Shown: positions 36,503 through 47,338 of the stretch, in pieces
Numbering within the stretch: position 1 is the first letter of the stretch
Layout: each line of letters starts with the position of its first letter
Source: Oopsacas minuta
Taxonomy: Eukaryota > Animalia > Porifera
Direction: 5' to 3'
Assembly (NCBI GenBank): GCA_024704765.1
Contig: JAKMXF010000312.1
Coordinates: forward strand, 248,001 to 312,000
Length of the DNA stretch: 64,000 nucleotides
Made by a program: the position numbers and the translations under genes
Notes under the pieces: generated by a model
Seen by the model: only the letters and a program-made list of their open reading frames with translations
Databases searched by the model: none
What the model was told of the DNA's origin: nothing

Positions 36503-38554
36503 CTAGAAAAACACATAGTTATCAGAGCGAAGTTTGTTCAAAACGTAGCGGAATTTGTCAGAATAGTTTCCAGAGCCTTCACCAGAAATCCATCTGAACT
36601 CAAGGGTAGGCTGAGTAGCATTATAAGCGAACTGAATAGAGAAATTAACATTAGCCCATTTGCATTTGAGATGAAAGGGAGTAACCGATTCAACAAATTG
36701 GGTATCTGTCCTCTCCAATATTCTCTTCACTTCTCTGATTATTTCAGTGCTGTCACTATCCGCCAAAACTTCAACTTGGAAAACAGGCGGCAGTAATTCT
36801 TCTGAACTGTTTGAGGAACTTGAGCTCGAACCAGGATCACCGCGACCGGAAGTACTTCTCGCGGAACGCTGCGATGTCCGAATTATCGGTAAAACGTTCG
36901 GTTCACAGCCTGGAGTATCGATCCCATTAGTATAAATATCCTCAATGACTACAGGAGAGCTGTCCTTAGGAATTTGATAAGTGAGATTATTAACGTAATA
37001 CTCTTCTATGTCATCACCCTCACTGGAGTTATGGGAACCAGGTGCGCGCATTCCTGACCTAACCCGGGAAGTTTTGTAAGAAGAGGCTTTTGTGTACCCC
37101 TCTGATGTAGTCGTGCGATTAATAGGCGGGAAGACATTTGTGTCTCTGCGGTCTCTGTGATTATCAGTCCGCCGTCCTGGGGATGAAGGCGGCCCTTTGT
37201 GTGGTTCCGAATGAGAGTCAGCCTCAATGACAGATCGGCTCCTGCGATGAGAAGATGCGGGCAAGGACCGAGCCCTGTGCAGTTCAGACCCCTGGGTAGA
37301 GGGACGAGACTCTAACACAGGTTTTGTAGGGACATGATGAAGCGCTGGTTTAGATTTCAGATATCTCTGTAGTCTCAGATTTACAAGATGATACATACAA
37401 GAAGTATTACAAGCTTTGTTCTCTGTCAATGCGGATATTAGCTCGTTTTCATCAAGCATAAATCTCTCAGTTATATGAACAACAACAGAACGTTCGATAT
37501 CTTCATACTGCGGAAAACTAGGATAGGGGACTAGTGAGATATTCATGCCCAGATCTTTAAACCAATGATGTTCTATCGCCTCGGGGAGCGTGATACGCTT
37601 GGCAGGGTCTGGTGTAAGGAACCGCATGAGTAGGTCTTTACAAGAACTTGTAATATTGTCAGGAATGTGATTAATCCGTCCGTCAAGGATTTTAGCATGC
37701 AGTGCAGTTATATCATAAGGTTCTACTACGTACGGCAGAGATCCAGCTAGCATAGCGAACATATTGACACCAATACTCCACACATCAACTTCTTTACCAT
37801 AGTTCTTATGTCCTAACAGTTCCGGGGCTGCGTATGCTGGAGAGCCACATTGTGTCTGAACCATATTGACGGTCATGTTGTCTGGATTGTGTATGAAGTT
37901 GCTAAGCCCGAAGTCAATAATTTTGATATTATTCGATTCATCTAGTAGCAAGTTCTCTACTTTCAAGTCTCTATGTATGATACCAGCTTCATGCATATAG
38001 TGTATTGCAGTTATTATTTGTTTGATGTACTTCTTTACAATGTGTTCATCTAAGCAGGAATGTTTGCTACTCATTATATGATGCATTACGTCACCACCAC
38101 TGACAAGCTCCATTACCATATAATAAGAGTTCTCCGTCTCAACAACTTCTAAGAGACGGATGATATTCGGATGAGACAGGAGTTGCATTATCCGGGCCTC
38201 GCGACGGAGGTTTTTAAATACGTAGGAATCGTCTTTTGCTTTATTCTTGTCGACAGCCTTTATTGCGATTCTCTCACTTGTATGTATATGCATGCCTTCC
38301 CTAACCTTAGCGAATGAACCAGTTCCCAAGAGCTTGCCTATTAGGAAAGAACCGACACGTTTCGTGTGTTTATACCGGATTATGTCTGTCGAATTTTGCT
38401 TCGTTACAGCAGCTGGAAGTTGGAAGTATTGTGTGATCTCTTGGGGGGTAACTGCTACTGACATGTGTTTGTTTCGAGGTGAAGATTTCTTACGAAGGGC
38501 GACAGAATTTGTTGAAATGTTCGGATTTGTATTTTCATGCGAAGTTCGATCCAT
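36503..38554 (-). CDS. HUNK: HUNK-like AMPK-related Ser/Thr kinase, single exon
   Basis: KRVGSFLIGKLLGTGSFAKVREG..DSYVFKNLRREARIMQ..ETENSYYMVMEL, HRDLKVEN, DFG, TQCGSPAYAAPE; UBA-like region and a KA1-like tail. Confidence 0.85.
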   Translation of the reverse strand: MDRTSHENTNPNISTNSVALRKKSSPRNKHMSVAVTPQEITQYFQLPAAVTKQNSTDIIRYKHTKRVGSFLIGKLLGTGSFAKVREGMHIHTSERIAIKAVDKNKAKDDSYVFKNLRREARIMQLLSHPNIIRLLEVVETENSYYMVMELVSGGDVMHHIMSSKHSCLDEHIVKKYIKQIITAIHYMHEAGIIHRDLKVENLLLDESNNIKIIDFGLSNFIHNPDNMTVNMVQTQCGSPAYAAPELLGHKNYGKEVDVWSIGVNMFAMLAGSLPYVVEPYDITALHAKILDGRINHIPDNITSSCKDLLMRFLTPDPAKRITLPEAIEHHWFKDLGMNISLVPYPSFPQYEDIERSVVVHITERFMLDENELISALTENKACNTSCMYHLVNLRLQRYLKSKPALHHVPTKPVLESRPSTQGSELHRARSLPASSHRRSRSVIEADSHSEPHKGPPSSPGRRTDNHRDRRDTNVFPPINRTTTSEGYTKASSYKTSRVRSGMRAPGSHNSSEGDDIEEYYVNNLTYQIPKDSSPVVIEDIYTNGIDTPGCEPNVLPIIRTSQRSARSTSGRGDPGSSSSSSNSSEELLPPVFQVEVLADSDSTEIIREVKRILERTDTQFVESVTPFHLKCKWANVNFSIQFAYNATQPTLEFRWISGEGSGNYSDKFRYVLNKLRSDNYVFF

Positions 38555-40577
38555 ATCTGATAGAAGAATATTCGTGAGTAATTATTGAATGGATATCAAT
38601 CATTTTAGAATTTATAGTCGGGAAATATTGGAAAAGTTGTGAATTCGAAAACTTTTGGTTAAAAATAGTATTGTTTGAAAGTGTCTAGCCGTGACTAGTT
38701 ACCATCAGGGTACAACTATAGAAACCGACACCCCCCAACTTTTTTAATGTGGTCAAATATCCCTATATGCACCGTTGAAGAACTCGTTGAGAGAAGCTGA
38801 TAGAGCTTTCGAACTCAAAAATCGGATGAGAACTGACGAAGTTATGAAAAATCTCCTAAATAAGTCAAATTCTATGGAGAAATTGTATTAGCCACTTTAC
38901 TGAAATAATGCTGATGAATTCTATACAAGCTACCATACAACCAATCTTACGGTTATATCAACGCTCGCGTCAGTTGATTGATTCTTTCTGAATTTATTAG
39001 CTAGCGTGATTTGTAGTTATTACTATTAAGACCAGTAAATTTAAACTTGGTGTGGCCTGGTTCCCAAAGGGGCGAAAACCGGGTCACACAGTATATCTCG
39101 AAAACTATAATTCGCATCGCTTAGCTTTAAAAAGGAAAACGGTAGGTCTTGGCGTCATCTAGCCAAAAAATACCACTTGGACCACATCCAGCTATCCTAA
39201 CAATAGGTGTTATGCACCATTAATGTTGCTAAATAATCATCAAGTACAATTCAAAGATATCTTAACTAGGATTCATTTGCTAAAACTCACCGAAATCTGA
39301 AGTAATTCAAAGAATGTATAACAATAAAAAGAAGTAATAGAAAATTAGCCTAGCCGAATCCTGACTAGAATCGAACACTGCTTTTATATGTAATCATAAA
39401 CTGATCCCGAAATCATTAAATCATTCCACCAGACTGTATAAGCACTGTTTACATGCAAACATCGAAAACTGAAACTCTGAATAAACAAAATAAGGAGCTC
39501 GTGACCGAAGTTATGTAATGTTTCACCACATAAAGTTGAGATTCATACTGCCAGAAGAAGTATTTCATATAGTGTTTGTCTAGCAAGCATATTTGAACAA
39601 TTGAGAGTGAAGTAAACAAAATTGGGAGTTTGAGTTAACCATTTCTTCATTGATTTGTGACAAACCAGATTCGCACCAATCTTTAGAATATTATTAGAAC
39701 ATTTCAATAGGGTATAGAATGACGTCAAAAATAATATAAAAAGAGATATTTCTTACAAACAAAGAAATACACAATTCTATTAATTATCGCTGTCATTATG
39801 ATTACTGAAATAATTTTCCAAGATATCAAAATATAGTTGACTCTGCTTATTAGGGACACTTTTGATACAAGCAAATGACGCGGTTTTCCTGATTAACTGG
39901 TGTCCCGATTGAGAAGAGTCCTGTGATATTAAAGAATCTAAAATTTTCATATGCTTATGCTTCCCTCTCAGTGCAAAAAGAGGTTTCCTCGGAGCTAGTT
40001 AATATTCATACCAAAATACCAAAATACCAAAATATGTAAGTGCTGGAACCATTATTCGTACATTCTTTACCTAAAACGTAAACTGAAAAGTAACGCATCC
40101 ACGAATAAGTCCAATTATTCGCCCAATTATGGTATCAAATACAGAATTAGTTGATATTACAAGCGTTGTATAACTTCAAAAGATTATTCGAGGTATAATC
40201 CTATCATGGGTAATGATGATATCAAGAAGCCATCAGTCAGTCAATACATAAACAATAATGACCTGACAAATATGGCGAATAATGCTAAGATATTACAATA
40301 AACTATTTTGCAGTGATAACTACGGTACAGTGTGACTCCCACAAAGAGAGGCCGAAAAGGCCGAAGTGCTACCCTGTTTCTGTCAAATGCCTCATTAATG
40401 GAGGTTCATCTATATGGGACTAGGAATTCGCTCTATTTATTTTCACTCCTTTCCAGAAGTTTCTCCGTTTTGTGGAAGTTACACTTTACGTAATTAACCT
40501 TATTCCGAATTCTACATTAATACTCATTGAATAACGAAGATTACAACACAAAATGGAATATTATTATCTAATAAACT

Positions 40578-43500
40578 CTATTTTCCAAATATATTTTGGA
40601 ACGATTCTTTTATCAAACGTGAGAACCTAGACACTACGAATATGAAAATTAGTGCAGCGGACAGTTGGAAGAAGGACCCTCCATGTTTGTCCAACTCGAC
40701 AACTTTATCGACACGAAATGTCACACTCGTGTGCCTACTCCCCTCTAGAAAGCTAACTACTGATTGGTCAGAAGATACAGTATAGCCTTGTATCCGGGTC
40801 TTGGAGTCAACCATGAGAATAAACTCTTTATCTTCTGATCCTCTGGACAGAGAGTACTTGAAGAAGCCCCCTGTCCCTACCTGCACGCTACTCGCATGCA
40901 CGAGTCCTCGTGTTGTTTCCTGATAGAGCTTAACCTGCATACGGTCCATAAATTCATCTGGTCCTTCAATATTTCCAGTCATTTCATGTTTTTCTGTCCT
41001 GTTGTAAATACAGAAATGAATATCCTTCAAATCCTCACTGCCGACTAATAACATAAATGAACCAGGGATAATATTCTCAATGTGAGGCGAGCGACTATTC
41101 TCTATAGAAATATGATATTGGCAGTTAGATTTTAGTCCTTGAATCCTGAAGTTACCCTTCTGGTCGGTTGTCCCTTTCTCTACTATATCAGTGCACCCCT
41201 CTGTCAACCCCCTCGCTAACACCTCTATGTCCCCCTGCGGGTGATCATTCAATGATGTCACAAACCCATAAGCACTGTAGTGAATCTTATGACCTACAAA
41301 CCTGATCTCTAACTCACTATCCAACTCCACCAAGATCATTTCCCCCGTGGGAGTGAACGAATATTCCTTAAGAGACGGTTTCACATAATACTCACAGATT
41401 TGAAGTTTGCTATACAATAAGCTACCTGCATCACTAGTGAGATTATTCATGCGTATCCTACCGCAATGCATTGATACTAGAACAGAGGATAATGGTCTAT
41501 TTAACTCATCTACTACTGATACAGCTACACTACCTAATCTACGAACTAAAAACAGATTACCTTCTCTCTTCTCAAACAACAGACCGGGACTAGAAGGGAC
41601 TATCTCGTAATTGTCCAACTTTGGAAGCGGTCCAAAGGAGAACTCCCCTTCTGCATTTGTGTGTGTCCTCAATACCTCCTCGTTTGGAGAATCTATCCTC
41701 AACTCAAGCATGACCAACTCGATTGGAGGCTGTACTCTACCCTTTATAACACTCCCTCTGTTAGCTAGGAATGTGGTTATGAAAGTGGGACACATACCTG
41801 TTATTTCCACAGAATAGGCGCTAGGGAGGAACAACAGCTGATCTGCTTGCGGTTCTATGATTAGATTCTCACCTGTCTCAGCGAAAATAACAAATTCTAA
41901 AATGGAAATATTCGTGTCTTCACTAGTTATAGAATCAGGAGTAACTGTCTTAACATTTCCACTGTCTCTACTCGTTACTCTCAACAGAATATTCTCGTTA
42001 GAAATCTCATTTGTATCTGCTTTTATGTGAGTAATAGTTTCATGTCTAACAGCTGTTAATTTTATCATATGACCGGATACTGAGGTGTCAAAAGTGGTTT
42101 CTTTTGGTTCAAACTGGTGGCAGGAGATAGGTGTTATGTGATATACCCCATGAAGTGGTAAACAGAAGCTGTTGTCACCTAAAATAAACATTTGATTAGT
42201 AAATAAGAGTATTTTTAGTTGAAGAAATTTATGGATAGATTTGCCAAGAGGCCTCCCAGGTAGTAAACTGCTTGTCTCCTATAACATTACTCACCCGCTT
42301 GCACAGATATCTTGTCTTCATAATCTCCTAATGATCTCACTATATCAACACTAGCATTATGAGAAGATGAAATTCTTAAAATATAACCATTCTGATAGAA
42401 TTCTATTTCTCTAATATCTTTCCCAATTGAAACTGTTTTGAAATTATATTTCCAACACCTTTCACTTAGTTCTAGTTCCACTTTATAATCTCCTGGCAAT
42501 AAATCTTCATAAGTAATTAATCCTGTGACCTCATTTGTGGAAATAGTCTGTGGTATTTTGAGATTTGTAGAGGTTAGAATTGTATTGAGAACACCACAAG
42601 GTGACAAACAATAAGTTCGTATTTTAATTGAAGAAAGAATCTGAGAAAATATTATATCTGAAACTGGAATTTTTGTGACAGTTATTTGGATAGATTCAGG
42701 TGAGAATATCACACCTTTTTCTAGTAATTCATTTGATAAATTCGGAGTACACTCGTATATTCCTTTTGGTAAGAATATCTTGAAACTCAAATCATTCGCC
42801 AGTTCAGTTTGAAAAAGAGATTCTTTCAAGAAATCTATTTTCACACCTTGGATAATTGCACTCTTCAAACTTTGTTTTGCGAGTCTAAATTCGCCAGAAA
42901 CTTCAAATTTTGAAGGGAATAAAGTTGTAATCTCAGTTTGAAAAGGCGATAAATTAATAACAACATCCTCAAACTCATATCCTTGTAGTTTAGCCTCAAC
43001 TTTATAAGAATCAGAAATTATCTCGTCGAAGCGGTAAGACCCGAATTTATCAGAGGTTGTTTTAAGAGTTCTGTGTTGTCCAATAAGTTCTATTTCGGCA
43101 TTTTCTATCCCCAAAAGTTCTCCATTAATTCCGAGATGAATAACACTCCCGTAAACCTCAAATCCAGTGACTTCGAATTTATCTTTTAAGTTTAGTGAGG
43201 AATGTGAGACAGCTATTTTCAGCTGATTAGGACGAAGCTGGAATTTAGTAATGTCGCTCTTATAAAGTGGTTTAATTGTGTATTCCCCTGGGGATATAGA
43301 CTTCAATGTAAACATTCCATCTGCTCCTGACATAGCAACGCACGTTAAATATGGAATTTGCTTAAACTCATTCTCCAAATTTTGCATACTTTCCACACAC
43401 ATTTCCGATTGTAATGCATTTGTATTACCATTTGATAGCAATAGGATCTGTACACCAGAAATGCCTTGCTTTTCATGAAACACAAAACCAGTGACGTCAT

Positions 43501-44113
43501 ATCCATACACCTGAATAGGTGATCCCACATTAACTGAATCTTTGGATACTTCAAAATCAAATTCCAATTGGCTAACATTGAATTCTTCATGACTACCACG
43601 TAACCTGTATTTCCCTGGTGCTACATTTTCAAATCGGAAGAGACCGTCTGAAGTAGATTGGGAGGTTAGGATTATCTCCTCTCCCTTGAGGAGGTCGATA
43701 TGAACACCATTCGGTCCTGTCTCCATTGAATAACTTACTACACCCCCCTCGACACTAAACCCGATAAATTCAAACATCAAATCGCCACCAGCAGTACAAA
43801 TATCATCTGTATAATTAATATCAATTCTGAAAATATATTCTCTAAAATTCCATCCTCTAGGAGAGACTATTTCCACGAAAATTTGTTGCAATTCTCCTTC
43901 TAGTTCTGTTAGAGGAAGGAAGAAATATCCGTCAACAGGGGCACAATCAGTTGAGTATTTTAATATATGGTCCTGATTGTATAGTTGTATTGTGAGTGCA
44001 GAAAATTGTATCGGATAGTCAGTATGTATTATGCCATTACATCCTATTACTTCTGTTGATATAACATCACTCACAAACAACAACAAAAATATGTAAACAA
44101 TAATAAATAACAT
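40578..44113 (-). CDS. NOMO1: Nodal modulator (NOMO), two exons
   Basis: Signal peptide MLFIIVYIFLLLF, YSTDCAPVDGYFFLP, repeated beta-sandwich domains, C-terminal TM segment. Intron about 42294-42179 (GTGAG...TTAG) joins SVQAG|DNSFCLP in frame. Confidence 0.9.
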
Positions 44114-44525
44114 TCTAATAAGCTGTTGATTACAAAAAAGTAATTTGTATTGTATTGTCACAAATGTTCCTCTGCTTATTAGCTATATTAACCATGGATG
44201 CTGGATTTAATACATTCCATGTTATACACAAATTAGTTCTCCAACAAAGTGGCGGTATACTCAAAATGGACCCAAAACAGCGCTAAATAGCTAATAAGCA
44301 AGGGAACAGCTCACGTCCAAACAGAGTAGTAACCTAAAAGCATCCTCTCCCTACGCAACCATTTAAGAATTAGTAAAGGGGTAAGTAACGGTAACAACCA
44401 AAACTGACTCACAAATCAAGTTATTACATCATTTATTACTCACTAGCTAATAATGTATGGACAGATTCTTATGGAAATATACACTATAGTCAGTTCTATT
44501 ATTAGTAACACACAATTTTGAATAT

Positions 44526-46628
44526 TCACCACTCATCATCATCAGTATCAGTGTCTCCTTCGTCTGAACTATCCGAGCAATGGATTATTTTGTTACGGTC
44601 GAGCAGAGCACTGGCTAGAGCCCCTAATATTCCCCTGTCGTCCGATACACTGGCTTGAGGCTTCAGGGATTCTTGCGGGCGAACTAACTTATCCTTATCA
44701 AATGCTCTAAAAATATGAATTAATAAAATTAGAACTAACGTAATCTGATTGGCCTATAATGAAAGGTGCGAAAATATGCACATGTAAAATTTTCAGATAT
44801 CAGGTAGAGGTCACTACAAGTATGCATGCCAAATTTGGTGTCTTAAGCTATAAAGGTGTTAACAAGAGAGTGAACACATATATGCATATACGAGTATCTA
44901 CCGATATACGACAATAGCCACAATTCCATAAATAGTTGTCACAGTAGTAACTAGTTAACTTACTGGATGCTGTCCAGCAGGTTGCCTATAGGTTTGGCAT
45001 TGGATGGTGGAGGTGGAGGTGGACCCCCGGTACCGGAGGGAGGTCCAGATCTCTTCGTTTGGCCAGCAGGAGCAGCCTTGGCGCCCTTAGTGTAGCCGAT
45101 AGGCATATCAGGAGGGGGAGCTGGGATCCTAGAGTTGGAAGGGGGAGCCGGTCCTCTGGGGCCCCGTTGGGATGGATGGTTCTCTGGAATTGGAGGGGCA
45201 TCTACCCCTCTAGGGGGTGGAGGGGGCATGTTCCCCTTACGACCCCCTAGAGGGGGAGGTGGAGGAGCTTGATCCTTTGCAGATCGCCCTTTTCCGGAAG
45301 TAGGCGGTGGCGGCGGCGGATCAGTTCGTCTCATGGTGTTTCGTCTCTCTACAATGTCCTTGTGAGCTGCTTCTATTCCTCCTTCCCGCTCTACCATATC
45401 GTATATCAACTGTACCTGATCCTTGTCTAGATCACACACCCCAATCTGTCACAATACAAATCATAAATAGACACACATATTTGTTCTAGAATATTCCATA
45501 ACTACCAATCCAGCAACTTCTGTGAATAAATTCTTCCATCTATCGTCTTGGATATTATTCCATTCAAAGCTTCCAGCCTGTGAGTTCCAACCTACATGAG
45601 CTAGATGTTTGAAATTGCTCGGAGCTGAAATATCTTCTTTCGTTAGTCCTTTCCCTTTCTTCTTTTTGTTAGGACGACTGTCAAATGAGCTAACAGCGGA
45701 ACCGTAGCTTCCTGCTCCTCTTCCGCCGTTGCTAGGCATCTGAGTGGGGGCGCTAATCCCGGAATCAGGAGCTGGACGCGGAGTTGAGACACCTTAAAGA
45801 TAAATAGAGAACAATATAATTCGTGTAAATCCGAATTGTAGAAGTATTCAGAGTTCAGACGAATGTGTTCCTATCCACAAACGGGGTTTGTGGAAACGGG
45901 GAACTTCTGAAACGGAGTAACAAATAAATAGAGCGAATTCCTAATCCCACACAAATGAACCTCCACAAAAGTGCTAGCATCTTTCGGTGTCACTAGCATT
46001 CAATTTATGGAAGTTGCACACTACAATAGAACTCGAATAATAAGCACTACACAGAAAGGAGTACGTCTTATCTGAGTTACTGTGTGTAATTTATCGAGGG
46101 AGTAACCTGGATTATTCTTAGCAGTTAATTTCTTCTTATACTCCTCGATCTTAACCATAACAGCCTCATAGAATGTATGAGCTTCCTCAGAATCAGCAAA
46201 ATTGAATCCTATCATGTAATCCTGCCCCGCGAATGATTGAAATTGTTTCCTATCCTGCACATAGGATATTTGGTAGTAGAGCTCGTGTTCCCATAAGATA
46301 GTACGTCTATTGATGTCTACCATCCTTAGATAGTAAGACCTCTTCACGTTATCCTGCAAACATTGCATATATGAAGCCCACCATACACGATGAGATGGGG
46401 AATTTACTGAGATATTAATAATAAACAAACCTTTACGAAACAAAGTATACCAGTGTGTTGCTTAGCCCATTGAGATGGAGATTGATTGGCAAAGTATATC
46501 TGGACAACAGCTGTAGCCTTAGTTATCCTCCTCTGCCCAAGTATTTCAAACACTGTATTATTCTCTGCTAGTGACAATAGCTTTGAGGATTGATTCGTAT
46601 CCTTAGGCTTGTTCCGTTGTTGACTCAT
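44526..46628 (-). CDS. WASL: WASP/N-WASP family actin nucleation-promoting factor, multi-exon
   Basis: WH1 (WAKQHTGILCFVK, SYYLRMVD..WEHELY), basic region + CRIB ISAPSNFKHLAHVGW, polyproline, WH2 LLDSIQAFDKDKL, and C/A region ILGALASALLDR..DDDEW*. Confidence 0.93.
44810..44874. repeat. Dispersed repeat (DINE/Helentron-like interior motif); second copy at 47186-47250
   Basis: Shared GTCACTAC.AGTAT..ATGCCAAATTTGGTGTCTT..TAAAGGTGT. Family assignment is inference. Confidence 0.55.
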
Positions 46629-46657
46629 TGTAATTGCTATTATAATTTCAACATATA

Positions 46658-46792
46658 CAGTCAACTCCTGTTAGATCGAATTCTTAAATGTACAAATAAG
46701 GTCCCAAACCGTCAAAGTAACATATATCATTGATTATGTATCGAAAGAATTTTCGTGATCGCTTGAGCTTCTATATAACTGAAGTTTGACTG
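46658..46792. mobile_element. MITE family A copy with TA TSD
   Basis: TA-CAGTCAACTCCTGTTAG ... GTTTGACTG-TA. Confidence 0.8.
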
Positions 46793-47338
46793 TACTTATT
46801 TCTCATTATGACGAAGCTCAAGGGAATAAGCCAATTATAAGAGATACGCGGTGGGTCTGAACTCCTCGGGAAAGTGCACGATGAGGAGAAATTGCTTGTA
46901 ATATGCGAGAAAGATATAAATATAAAAGATTAGACGATATTAGAGTAACCGACTTTGATTCCTAAACAAGGCAAACCGTATACGAAGAACTTGTAATTAT
47001 TCTTAGCATATCAAGATATCAGCTATGCAGTTACAAGGACTCTCTATCTCTACATGTAAATGCTTTTGCAAATTCCATAAGGCAAGTGGCGTATCTAGGT
47101 TAGCAGGGAATATTTAGAGAAATATATGTTTTTGAATCTAACAAAGAGTAAATAAATTATTTAAATCTGAGGAGCACAAATAGATGTCACTACGAGTATA
47201 AATGCCAAATTTGGTGTCTTTACCTCTAAAGGTGTGAACAGCAGAGCGAAACGTGTATATATATTCTAAATCAACCAATTAGAACTGAGTCACACTCTCT
47301 ACGCAATAGTATTAGTTGGTACAATAAAAACTGGGTAC

